NCBI GenBank assembly: GCA_963693095.2
Contig: OY843768.1
Span: 1,120,001-1,184,000 of the forward strand
Direction: 5' to 3'
DNA from: Cenarchaeum sp.
GTDB taxonomy: Archaea > Thermoproteota > Nitrososphaeria > Nitrososphaerales > Nitrosopumilaceae
Length of the DNA: 64,000 nucleotides
This document shows, piece by piece, positions 19,164-27,982 of the stretch (its first letter is position 1; every line of letters begins with the position of its first letter). The notes beneath the pieces were generated by a model. The model worked only from the letters and a program-made list of their open reading frames with translations, did no database searches and had not been told where the DNA came from. The position numbers and the translations under genes are program-made.

Positions 19164-19397
19164 ATGACGGCCAGGCAAGTTCAGTCGAGCGCAAAGGCGG
19201 TGGTGACTGTGGACATTAGCCAAGTTTTTCCCTGGTTGGTACAACTGGATCACGCATCCGTGGATCATCGATGGTCGATTCTGTTTTCGGGTATACTGTC
19301 AACGCTGACGTTTACGGTCACCTTTTCGGCGGCTGCTCTGCTAATATACAACAGGCTGTTCAGCAGGGGCACAGAGGGAACAGGCACGCCATCGTGA
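19164..19397 (+). CDS. Small single-TM protein, paralogue 2
   Basis: VDISQVFPWLVQLDHASVDHRW, then a TM helix and a basic tail. Confidence 0.55.
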   Translation: MTARQVQSSAKAVVTVDISQVFPWLVQLDHASVDHRWSILFSGILSTLTFTVTFSAAALLIYNRLFSRGTEGTGTPS

Positions 19398-19530
19398 CTG
19401 TGGACTCGATGCCATCTCCCCTCCGCAATAGCTAGAGACCGCACCGTCTCTAGCTCACAGTTGCGCATGAGGGCGCCGTGCGCACATGACCCTTTTTCAC
19501 TTAAATTATGCCCATGCGCGACACGACGAC

Positions 19531-20331
19531 GTGAACGAGGTCGAGATCCTGCGCGAGGCATCCGTGCGCGCGCAGAGGGCAGTGGCAAAGATCGCCGGAA
19601 CGCCGGCCGGCGGTGGAGACTATGGCACCGGAGCCGGCGGGGACACGTCGCACGCAGTTGACATCGCCGCCGAGGAGGCCATACTCGCGTTCCTCAGGGA
19701 GAGGTCGTTTGGATGCACCGTGCTCGGCGAGGAGTGCGGGCGCGTCGAGATCCCCGGAGAGCCCGGAGGCCACGTGGTCATGGACGCAGTCGACGGCTCG
19801 GTCAATGCGCTTCGCGGGATTCCGTTCTACTGCTGCTCGCTCGCATACGCGCCGGGCGACACGCTCTCATCAGTCACAGGCGCAGTGGTGACTGATATGT
19901 CAAGCGGAGAGCAGTTTTGGGCAAAAAGGGGAGCCGGCGCGTTTGTTGGCACAAGGCCGATGCGAACCGGCTCGGCGCCGGGCTCCGAGTACCGCGTCAT
20001 AGTCGTCAACGTCTCGGGAATAGATGCGGCCACTGTGGCGCGCATACAGCCCGTCATGGCCTCAAGCCACACGCGCCACTTTGGCGCCAATGCGCTCGAG
20101 ATGGCCCACGTCGGGCGCGGCTGGCTTGATGCCCTCGTTGACCTGCGCGGGCGCATACGCGTTCAGGACATTGCGGCCGGTTGCCTCCTGGTTCGCGAGG
20201 CCGGCGGGCTAGTCGTCGGAGAGGACCTCGAGGAGCTCGACTCTGACCTTGGCTACTCGACGCGCCTCTCCTTTGTTGCGGCCTCGGGCAGGGAGATGCT
20301 CGACGGGATCGCCGCCGAGATTGGCGCCTAG
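19531..20331 (+). CDS. Inositol monophosphatase / FBPase family protein
   Basis: VLGEECG, MDAVDGSVN, RHFGANALE, QDIAAGCLLVREAGG; GTG start ~25 nt after TTAAAT. Confidence 0.9.
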   Translation: MNEVEILREASVRAQRAVAKIAGTPAGGGDYGTGAGGDTSHAVDIAAEEAILAFLRERSFGCTVLGEECGRVEIPGEPGGHVVMDAVDGSVNALRGIPFYCCSLAYAPGDTLSSVTGAVVTDMSSGEQFWAKRGAGAFVGTRPMRTGSAPGSEYRVIVVNVSGIDAATVARIQPVMASSHTRHFGANALEMAHVGRGWLDALVDLRGRIRVQDIAAGCLLVREAGGLVVGEDLEELDSDLGYSTRLSFVAASGREMLDGIAAEIGA

Positions 20332-20360
20332 CGCGCAGGCACCGCTGGGCAGTCTAGTTG

Positions 20361-20438
20361 TGGCGCCCTTGGCGGGATTTGAACTCGCGTCTCAGCCGTG
20401 ACAGGGCCGAATTCTGGACCTGGCTATACTACAAGGGC
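20361..20438 (-). tRNA. tRNA-Asp(GUC)
   Basis: GCCCTTG...CTGTCAC...GTTCAAATC...CAAGGGC-GCCA cloverleaf with encoded CCA; TTTTAAA upstream. Confidence 0.95.
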
Positions 20439-20480
20439 GTTGCGCGCCCTGCCCGCGAGCCGAGTTTAAAATCTTGCGCC

Positions 20481-21347
20481 TCACGCGCGCCTGCGCACGC
20501 GTGGGGAGGCGGCCATGAGTGCCTGCGCCTGCCGATAGTGGACCTCGTCGACCATCCGGCCGTCCACGCGAAGGGCGCCCCTGCCGCGCCCACCGTGGGC
20601 CTCGTATGCGTCGATGACCCTGCGCGCCCAGGCGAGCTCGGCCCGTGTGGGCGCAAAGGCGGCGTGAACGGCCGCTATCTGGCCCGGATGTATGACGCTC
20701 TTGCCGGCATAGCCTAGTGAGCGGCCGTGCCGGCAGTCACGCCTCAGTCCGGCAGCCGAGCGGAGGTCCTGCCATATCGAGTCAATCGCCACTGCCCCGC
20801 CGGCCCGAGCGTGGAGCGGGACGAGGGCGCGCGCGGCCTCGGCACCTACGCCCACATCGCCCTCCATGCCCATGTCGTGCATTAGGTCAAATATTCCAAA
20901 GATGACGGCGCGCACGCGCGGCGAGGCCGACGCGATGGCTGCGCACGAGACGACGGCCGCAGCCGACTCTATTGAGGGGATGATCTCGATCTTGCGAACC
21001 CCGCGCGAGCGCTCGAGTGCCGCAATGCTGCGCGCTATGGCGCGAACCTGCGCTGCCGAGTCGACCTTTGGGACCACGATCCCGTCAAGGCCGGCGCGCA
21101 CGACAGCCGAGATGTCCTTTCGAATGTCCGGCGTTGACGGCGCGTTTGTGCGCACAAAGACCCTGCCGGCGTGCCCTGATGCAAGCGTTGTGCGAATCAT
21201 GCGGCGCGCAGTGGTCTTGTCATCGGGCCGCACAGAGTCCTCGAGGTCAAGGCAGACAATGTCGGCCTCCATAGTGCGCGCCTTTGCCAGAAATCGTTCA
21301 CTGTTTCCCGGAACGAATGCGAGACTGCGGTACAGCGCCGCGTCCAT
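20481..21347 (-). CDS. CitE/HpcH-type CoA-ester lyase (citrate lyase beta-like)
   Basis: RSLAFVPG, DIVCLDLEDSV, GIVVPKV, IESA, GYAGKSVIHPGQI, VDGRMVD. Confidence 0.88.
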   Translation of the reverse strand: MDAALYRSLAFVPGNSERFLAKARTMEADIVCLDLEDSVRPDDKTTARRMIRTTLASGHAGRVFVRTNAPSTPDIRKDISAVVRAGLDGIVVPKVDSAAQVRAIARSIAALERSRGVRKIEIIPSIESAAAVVSCAAIASASPRVRAVIFGIFDLMHDMGMEGDVGVGAEAARALVPLHARAGGAVAIDSIWQDLRSAAGLRRDCRHGRSLGYAGKSVIHPGQIAAVHAAFAPTRAELAWARRVIDAYEAHGGRGRGALRVDGRMVDEVHYRQAQALMAASPRVRRRA

Positions 21348-21351
21348 GACC

Positions 21352-22425
21352 TTACTCGGGCTTTAGCAGTATCTTGCCAAACATGCCCTTGCCCTTGAGC
21401 ATCTTTGTGTGCGCCTCGGCGGCGTTCTCAAATGAGTGCACCGAGTCAATCACCGACTTTATCTTTTTTTGTCCCATCCAGTAGAGGCCCTGCTCGAGCT
21501 CGGCGCGCGTTCCCTGCGTGGAGCCGAGTATGTTGGTGCCCTTGAAGAATATGTGGCGCAGGTCAGTCATCGCGTCATAGCCTGTCGTCGCGCCGCACGT
21601 GACGAGCGTAGAGCCGTACTTTAGGAGCTGTAGCTGCTTGTTCCAGTGCGTCTGGCCAATGTGGTCAAAGGAGAGGTCGATGCCCGGAGGCGTTCCCTTT
21701 TTGAGCGATATCTCTTTTGATATCTTGCGAACATCCTTGTGCCAGTCGTCCTTGCGGTGGTCGACTGCATAGTCGGCGCCCAAGTCGAGGCACTTTTGGA
21801 GCTTGTCCGGACTCGCAGTCGCAATAACGTCACAGTTGAAGAGCTTTGCTATCTGGATGCCAAAGCTGCCGACGCCAGAGCCGCCGCCCATGATGAGAAC
21901 CGTCTGGCCAGGCTTTATGCCGGCGCGCCCGACGAGCATGTGCCATGCCGTGAGTATCGTCATCGAGGCAGCAGCCGCATCATCATAGCTCACCGAGTCG
22001 GGTAGCTTTACGACGTTGACCTCGGGCAGGTGCGCTACTGAGGCAAATGCGCCCCAGAGAGGGCCGGTCTGGAAGCCCCAGATAGTCCTCTGCGTGCAGT
22101 CAAACTCGCGACCGCTCGTGCACGCCTCACAGACCCTGCATGACATGTTGGCGTGCGAGACGACCCTGTCTCCAGGCTTTATCCCGCGGACATCCTCGCC
22201 TACGGCGATAACGTCGCCGGCGGCATCCGAGCCTGATATGTGGGGAAGCGTGACTGGTATGGGGACACCCCTCATGCCCCAGATGTCGTTATAGTTGAGC
22301 GCGGCGGCCTTTACGGCAAATACGACCTCGTTGGGCTTTGGCTTTGGGTCGTCGAGATCCTGAACCTTTAGAATCTTGGAATAGTTGTCATCGGGGGCAT
22401 ACTCCTCGTATACGACTGCCTTCAC
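21352..22425 (-). CDS. Zinc-binding medium-chain dehydrogenase/reductase
   Basis: PHISGSDAAG, structural Zn site CRVCEACTSGREFDC, GGGSGVG, TCGATTG. Confidence 0.9.
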   Translation of the reverse strand: MKAVVYEEYAPDDNYSKILKVQDLDDPKPKPNEVVFAVKAAALNYNDIWGMRGVPIPVTLPHISGSDAAGDVIAVGEDVRGIKPGDRVVSHANMSCRVCEACTSGREFDCTQRTIWGFQTGPLWGAFASVAHLPEVNVVKLPDSVSYDDAAAASMTILTAWHMLVGRAGIKPGQTVLIMGGGSGVGSFGIQIAKLFNCDVIATASPDKLQKCLDLGADYAVDHRKDDWHKDVRKISKEISLKKGTPPGIDLSFDHIGQTHWNKQLQLLKYGSTLVTCGATTGYDAMTDLRHIFFKGTNILGSTQGTRAELEQGLYWMGQKKIKSVIDSVHSFENAAEAHTKMLKGKGMFGKILLKPE

Positions 22426-22949
22426 GACGCACAGGCCCAAAATGACCCTAATTATATTTTGCCTGACATGCCGACGGGGCAGGCGTGCGCTGGCCGGCGT
22501 GCCCCAGAACGGCCATCAGGCGCGTGCCCCGTGGGGGCAGAGGGGGTCACCCGTGGCCGGCTAGCGCAGGCATGGCCAGTGGGGCACCCATGCCGCAGGC
22601 GCTGCCCTCCCAGTGGATGCCTAATGGTGGAGTCCCGGGTGGCCACGCCTGCCATGGGCAAGGCCGCGGCCAGGCGACGCAGGGGCAGCGCCGACCACAC
22701 GGCAGGGCCGACTGGCAGGAGCGTCCCGGCGGCGAGACGCCTGAGAGGTGTGCCCCAAGACCCGCACGGTAAGCCACCAGGGCACCGTGGCAGCATGGGC
22801 GTCATCAGGGGCCAGTCACCATTGTGGCACACCTGCCTCGAACGTGTGCCCCACGCGCACAGTTGCAGAGGTTGGCCACCAGGGCGCGCAGTGCGAAATC
22901 CCGGCACCAACGCTACTGCTAAATATAGACGCGTCGGCGCGGCTGCGCG

Positions 22950-23276
22950 TTGGCAACGGTTCCGTATGACGACTTTGCAAGGTTGGACATTCGCGTGGCA
23001 AGGGTCACGGCGGCAAGTCCCATAGAGGGCAAGACGCGCATACTGGAGGGAACGATCGACATTGGCGGCGAGGAGAGGAGCGTCATAATCGGCGGTGCCG
23101 AGCACTATGCGCCATCTGACCTAGTCGGCCGCACCGTCATAGCCATTGTAAACCTCGACCCAAAGAGGGTCGCAGGCGTAGAGTCAAACGCAATGCTCTT
23201 GGCAGCAGATGACGGCGAGAGGCCGATATGGCTCACAGTCGGCGAGGAGACGCCTCCAGGAACCAAGATAAGATAG
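22950..23276 (+). CDS. tRNA-binding OB-fold protein (Trbp111/CsaA/MetRS C-terminal-like)
   Basis: YDDFARLDIRVARV, IVNLDPKRVAGVESNAMLLAA, PPGTKIR; TAAATATA at 22920-22927. Confidence 0.9.
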   Translation: MATVPYDDFARLDIRVARVTAASPIEGKTRILEGTIDIGGEERSVIIGGAEHYAPSDLVGRTVIAIVNLDPKRVAGVESNAMLLAADDGERPIWLTVGEETPPGTKIR

Positions 23277-23408
23277 GGGCACACCGGCGCCACCATGTCT
23301 GCCATCTTTTCACGCATCCACGATCGCAGATGCCCTTGAATCACCAGAGTGCCACAAGTGTCACGTCAGCCGTTTTACCAAACATGCCACCGGCCAGGAC
23401 AGTCCCCC

Positions 23409-23792
23409 CTAGAGCATGACGAGCTTTACGGTGTCCATCTTTTTGTTTGTCCTAAACCCGTTTGTGACCTCGGATATGCGCGAGCCGTCACCATCTAGGA
23501 CAAAGAGCTCGACGCAGCGCTCGCCGTCGATCTTGTTGTGCAGGTGTGTCCGCACGAGATCCTCATAGTCGTGCTTTATGCCGGCGACCTGGTCGTCGTA
23601 CTCGTCGGCGTGGACGACCATGAGGATCGCGTTCTGCTTGCCTGTCGCGGCGGTTCGCTGCTTCTCCTCTTGCGCAAATGAGCGTATCCCGGCGCGTATG
23701 AGCTCCGAGCGGCCAGCAAAGCCCATCGCATCGCGCATCGCGTCTAGCTCGCGCAGTATCGAGTCGTTGAGCGAGACTGAGATTATGGCCAA
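23409..23792 (-). CDS. NikR-family (RHH + metal-binding domain) transcriptional regulator
   Basis: IISVSLNDSILRELD..GFAGRSELIRAGIR RHH; KHDYEDLVRTHLHNKIDGERCVE aligns to the NikR metal site. Confidence 0.88.
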   Translation of the reverse strand: MAIISVSLNDSILRELDAMRDAMGFAGRSELIRAGIRSFAQEEKQRTAATGKQNAILMVVHADEYDDQVAGIKHDYEDLVRTHLHNKIDGERCVELFVLDGDGSRISEVTNGFRTNKKMDTVKLVML

Positions 23793-23866
23793 CGGCGCGG
23801 CTCGCCCATGACCGTCAATATATCCATATCAGGCAATGTTAATAACCCATGGGTGCATTTTCATGC

Positions 23867-23939
23867 TGATATTATCAATAGTTGACAGATATATAGGTAA
23901 TATTAATAATAACAAAGTAATAGTTATTACTAACTATAT
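23867..23939. promoter_or_regulatory. AT-rich divergent promoter with nested inverted repeats (candidate metalloregulator operator)
   Basis: TAATAAC-N9-GTTATTA (23907-23929), GTAATA-N22-TATTAC (23897-23930), TGATA-T-TATCA (23867-23877). Confidence 0.6.
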
Positions 23940-23953
23940 GACCCAATCTGCCC

Positions 23954-25018
23954 ATGCGGAGACAGTCATGGCTCATCGTGGCAGCCGTGCTAGCAGTGGG
24001 CATCGCGCTTGGCTCAGTGGCAGCACTCGGGGGGCAGGATGTGGCGGAGCCCGATGCCGGTGAGGCAGGCGGCGCCGTGATATACGCGACGTTCTATCCC
24101 TATGCAGAGCTTGCCGGCGGTGTGGCCGAGGGCATAGCCGATGTGAGGCAGTTCGGGCCGGCCGGCTCTGGCGCACATGACTGGGAGCCCGGCGCCGGTG
24201 AGATCGAGTCACTCGGCGATGCAGTCGCGCTGATCCATAGCGGTGAGGGAGTAGAGACGTACATTGGCGACCTAGAGTCCATTGACAGCCTTGGTCACAT
24301 CATGTTCATAGCGGCATCCGGAGAGCACCACGACGATGACGAGAGACATGACGATGACGAGAGACATGACGATGACGAGAGACATGACGATGACGAGAGA
24401 CATGACGATGACGAGAGACATGACGATGACGAGAGACATGACGATGACGAGAGACATGACGATGACGAGAGACATGACGATGATTCCGAACACGGGGACG
24501 AAAAGACGCACCTATGGCTCGATCCAGTGGAGGCCATTGCGCAAGTCGACCGCATACGCGACGCGCTCTCTGCAATAGATCCGGCCAATGCAGGGGCATA
24601 CGCTTCCAATGCAGACATGTACGTCGTAGGACTCGAAGGGCTCGACGCGCGGTACCGTGACGGTCTTGCAGAGTGTGACCACAGAACCATAGTGACGTTT
24701 CACAACGCATTTGACGCAATGGCCGCAAGGTACAACCTAGAGGTTCTCGGCATTGCGCACTCGCACCACGCCGAGCCGAGCGTCTCAGAGATTGCAACGC
24801 TCGTCACTTACCTGCGCGATTCTGGCGCGCGCGCCATATTTTCAGACGACCTGACTGACGGGAGGCTCGAGGCCGCCGCCGCCGAGGAGGCCAGCGTCAA
24901 CGTCATTGCGCTAAGCACACTTGAGGGACTGGCGCGCACAGATGCGGCAGGCACAACATACATTGAAAAGATGGACGCCAACCTTGATGCGCTAAGGGAA
25001 GGCCTGGCTTGCCGGTAA
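23954..25018 (+). CDS. znuA: ZnuA/AdcA-type metal ABC transporter substrate-binding protein with His/Asp repeat loop
   Basis: N-terminal anchor, AHDWEP, THLWLDP, TFHNAF, YIEKMDANL. Confidence 0.88.
   Translation: MRRQSWLIVAAVLAVGIALGSVAALGGQDVAEPDAGEAGGAVIYATFYPYAELAGGVAEGIADVRQFGPAGSGAHDWEPGAGEIESLGDAVALIHSGEGVETYIGDLESIDSLGHIMFIAASGEHHDDDERHDDDERHDDDERHDDDERHDDDERHDDDERHDDDERHDDDERHDDDSEHGDEKTHLWLDPVEAIAQVDRIRDALSAIDPANAGAYASNADMYVVGLEGLDARYRDGLAECDHRTIVTFHNAFDAMAARYNLEVLGIAHSHHAEPSVSEIATLVTYLRDSGARAIFSDDLTDGRLEAAAAEEASVNVIALSTLEGLARTDAAGTTYIEKMDANLDALREGLACR
24332..24484 (+). repeat. Perfect 18-nt tandem repeat x8 plus a partial copy, encoding DDDERH
   Basis: (gacgatgacgagagacat)8 gacgatgat. 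Confidence 0.97.
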
Positions 25019-25806
25019 ACGCGCTTGAGGTCAAGGACGTCACTGCCGGATTCGGCGCGACGAATGCCATAGAGTCCATAGCCTTTGAGCTCGCCGGCGG
25101 CGAGATACTCGGCATAGTCGGCCCCAACGGGGCAGGCAAGACGACGCTCTTTCGCGCAATGCTCGGGCTCCACGCGCACTCGGGAACAGTCTCCATATGC
25201 GGGCGCAGCGGCTCGGCGCGCCTGGCCCTCCTGCCGCTAGTCGGGTATGTCCCGCAGCGCTTTGTGCCCGATCGCGGGTTTCCGGCCACGGTTCGCGACA
25301 TCGTCTCGATGGGCGTCCTGCCGGCGCGGCGCCTCGAGGCGTGCGCACGCCTAGCCGGCGAGTCCGGATACGAGTGGCGCCGCGAGTATAGCCGCCTCGG
25401 CGGGCGCGACGAAAAGGTCGATGCGGCCATGGAGGCCGTCGGCATGGGAGAGCTTGCGGGCAGGAGGATAGGCGAGCTCTCTAGCGGCGAGACGCAGCGC
25501 GCATTCATCGCAAAGTCCCTCGTCAACGATCCGCTTCTCCTGATACTTGACGAGCCCGCATCGAGTGCGGATGCCGGCGCGCGCGAGCTGCTCCACGGGA
25601 TCATGCGCCGGCTCAACACGGAGCTCGGAGTGACCATAGTCTGGTCATCACACGACCTCGACGCACTAGAGCGAGTGGCCACGCGAGTGGCGTGCATGGA
25701 CCGTCGGCTCTTTTTTCACGGCGGCAAGGACGAGTTCTTTGCCGACGAGGAGGCTGTCCGGTCATACACCGAGTCGGCGATGCAGGCGCACATGAGGGAG
25801 CACTGA
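25009..25806 (+). CDS. znuC: Metal ABC transporter ATP-binding protein
   Basis: GPNGAGKT, GYVPQR, LSSGETQR, LILDEP, SSHD. Confidence 0.9.
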   Translation: MPVNALEVKDVTAGFGATNAIESIAFELAGGEILGIVGPNGAGKTTLFRAMLGLHAHSGTVSICGRSGSARLALLPLVGYVPQRFVPDRGFPATVRDIVSMGVLPARRLEACARLAGESGYEWRREYSRLGGRDEKVDAAMEAVGMGELAGRRIGELSSGETQRAFIAKSLVNDPLLLILDEPASSADAGARELLHGIMRRLNTELGVTIVWSSHDLDALERVATRVACMDRRLFFHGGKDEFFADEEAVRSYTESAMQAHMREH

Positions 25807-26628
25807 GTGGCTGTGATCGAGGTTCTCTCGCACGCGTTTGTCCAAAAGGCCATCCTGGCCGGCGCGTGCATCGGGGTGGCATGCGCGTTTCTTGGCGTGT
25901 TTCTTGTAATGCGCCGCAATGCGCTCTTTGGCGATGCCGTCTCGCACGTGGCCTTTGGCGGTGTCGCCGTCGGCCTCCTGTCCGGCGTCTATCCCGTCTG
26001 GACCGCACTGTGCGCGGCGATCCTCGGGGGCGTCTGCATGCAGCGCCTGCGCGGCGTGCCCGGCATCAGCGGGGATGCCGCAGTGGCCATACTCCTGGTC
26101 GGTGGCCTCGGAGTCGGCGTCCTGGCAGCTAGCGCAACTGGCGGGTTTGGCGTCGACCTCTATGCGTTCCTCTTTGGCAGCATACTCTTAGTCGGGACTG
26201 CCGATGTCGTGACGATCTGCGCCGTGAGCGCCGGCGTGGTCGCCGTGCTCTATGCGCTGAGGCGGCAGCTCCTCCACGTCACGTTCAGCGAGGAGCAGGC
26301 AAGCGTCGCCGGCGTGCGCGTCGAGCTCCTCGGGTACGCCTTTGTCATACTCACTAGCGTGACTGTCGTCATGTCGATGAGGCTCGTTGGCATACTCCTC
26401 GTCTCTGCCCTCGTGGTCCTTCCGCCCATAACTGCGATCGCGCTAGGTGGCGGGTTTGGGCGCACGGTGGCCACTGCGATCGCAGTCGCAGTCGGCTCCG
26501 TTGTCACCGGCATCGCCGTCTCGGCGGCATACGACCTTGCGCCCTCTGGGGCCATAGTCATGGTCGGAATTGGCGCGCTCCTCGCGGCCCTGGGGGTCGC
26601 TGCCCTAAGGCGGCGCGCGGCCCACTAG
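25807..26628 (+). CDS. znuB: Metal ABC transporter permease (ABC-3)
   Basis: LGVFLVMRR..FGDAVSHVAFGG, FLFGSIL, VGILLVSALVVLP. Confidence 0.9.
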   Translation: MAVIEVLSHAFVQKAILAGACIGVACAFLGVFLVMRRNALFGDAVSHVAFGGVAVGLLSGVYPVWTALCAAILGGVCMQRLRGVPGISGDAAVAILLVGGLGVGVLAASATGGFGVDLYAFLFGSILLVGTADVVTICAVSAGVVAVLYALRRQLLHVTFSEEQASVAGVRVELLGYAFVILTSVTVVMSMRLVGILLVSALVVLPPITAIALGGGFGRTVATAIAVAVGSVVTGIAVSAAYDLAPSGAIVMVGIGALLAALGVAALRRRAAH

Positions 26629-26767
26629 GCGCAACCGCACGCGCAGCTCACGCCTGCCGAGTCAAACGAGCAGTCATGGCCCGAGCCGGCAACGGGGCGC
26701 GTCACCGGAATCCTGCGCATGCACTCCCCATGCCTGCCCCGCCGGCAGAACCAGCAGACCGTGCGGC

Positions 26768-27685
26768 CTATACCGGCGTCAGCCATTCGGCAAACCTCTC
26801 GTCCTTGCCCGTGGCCGCATCCATGTACGAGCGGCGCAGCGCGCGCGTCACCTTGCCGGCCTTGCCGTCGCCTATGCGCGTGCGGTCGACAGACGCCACG
26901 GGCTTTACCTCGGCGGCCGTGCCAGTCATGAAGACCTCGTCGGCGACATAGAGATCCTCGCGCTTTATGGCCGACTCGGCGACATACCCGCCATCACCCT
27001 CGACTATCTGCACAATGCTGTCCCTGGTTATCCCCTCGAGTATTCCCGAGGAGAGCGGCGGCGTCGATATCTCGCCGTCCTTTATGACAAAAATGTTCTC
27101 GGCCCCTCCCTCGGCGACGTTGCCGTCTGAGCCCAGCATTATCGCCTCGTCGTACCCGTCATCGAGAGCCTCGACTCGCGCGAGTGCGGCATTTGCATAG
27201 TTTGATGCGGCCTTTGCCTTCATCGGCTGGGAGCGCGAGTCGATGCGCGTCCAGCTCGACACCTTGCACCTCACGCCAGACGTCCCGCGGCCGGCGTGCG
27301 ACTCGCCGGACTTCCATGACCAGCACGCGATGGCAAGGTCGACAGGATTCTTTGATGGCGTCAGTCCCATCCAGCCGTACCCGCGGTATGCGAGTGGGCG
27401 CACATAGCACTCGCGCAGGCCGCTGGCGCGAACCGTCTTTATGATCGCTTTTGATATCTCGTCCCTTGTGTATGGCACGTCCATCGAGTACATCTTTGCA
27501 GACCTGAGGAGGCGCTCGACGTGCTCATCGAGGCGAAAGATCGCCGAGCCGCGCGGCGTCTCATAGCAGCGCAGGCCCTCAAAGACTGCCGAGGCGTAGT
27601 GTAGCGCGTGCGTGAGCACGTGAACCTTTGCGCTTCCAAAGGGCACGAGGCGCCCGTTCATCCATATCTTGCCAGTCTCCTTCAA
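26768..27685 (-). CDS. ilvE: Branched-chain amino acid aminotransferase
   Basis: THALHYASAVFEG, KAKAASNY, GILEGITR, ADEVFMTGTAAEV. Confidence 0.95.
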   Translation of the reverse strand: MKETGKIWMNGRLVPFGSAKVHVLTHALHYASAVFEGLRCYETPRGSAIFRLDEHVERLLRSAKMYSMDVPYTRDEISKAIIKTVRASGLRECYVRPLAYRGYGWMGLTPSKNPVDLAIACWSWKSGESHAGRGTSGVRCKVSSWTRIDSRSQPMKAKAASNYANAALARVEALDDGYDEAIMLGSDGNVAEGGAENIFVIKDGEISTPPLSSGILEGITRDSIVQIVEGDGGYVAESAIKREDLYVADEVFMTGTAAEVKPVASVDRTRIGDGKAGKVTRALRRSYMDAATGKDERFAEWLTPV

Positions 27686-27778
27686 GGCGCCATGGCGCGC
27701 CCTGCATGATAAATAAAATGATCGGTCTGGTGCGACAGGCGCACGCTAAAATAGCGCAGGCATTGCGCGCATGAGTCA

Positions 27779-27982
27779 ATGGAGTGGACACTCGGGGGCG
27801 CGGCCATTGCGCTCCTAGTCGTGGGCCTAGTCGGGCAGGGCTTTGAGATGCGCCGCATAAACGCCGAGGGCGTGGACGAGGAAGAGGGCCGGCCAAGCGC
27901 GTTTGCCGACAGGCGCAACTTCAAGTGGTACGCCATAATCGGCGCCGGAATCGCCATCTGGTTTGCCGCCGAGAGGCTCTAG
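27779..27982 (+). CDS. Small two-TM hypothetical protein
   Basis: Two hydrophobic helices; own TATA-like TAAAATA; stop shares CTAG with the aspartate kinase stop. Confidence 0.7.
   Translation: MEWTLGGAAIALLVVGLVGQGFEMRRINAEGVDEEEGRPSAFADRRNFKWYAIIGAGIAIWFAAERL

Noticed and set aside
21352-22425. Calling this MDR the acryloyl-CoA reductase of the 3HP/4HB cycle
   Set aside because: The family is clear but substrate specificity cannot be determined by eye
22450-22915. RNase P RNA or SRP RNA; 188-aa and 217-aa ORFs
   Set aside because: No GAGGAAAGUCC or SRP helix-8 signature seen; the ORFs have GC-shadow composition
24332-24484. Possible CRISPR array or separate repeat ORFs (MTRDMT, MSLVIV, HRHVSR frames)
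   Set aside because: These are alternative frames of the DDDERH repeat inside znuA; no spacers
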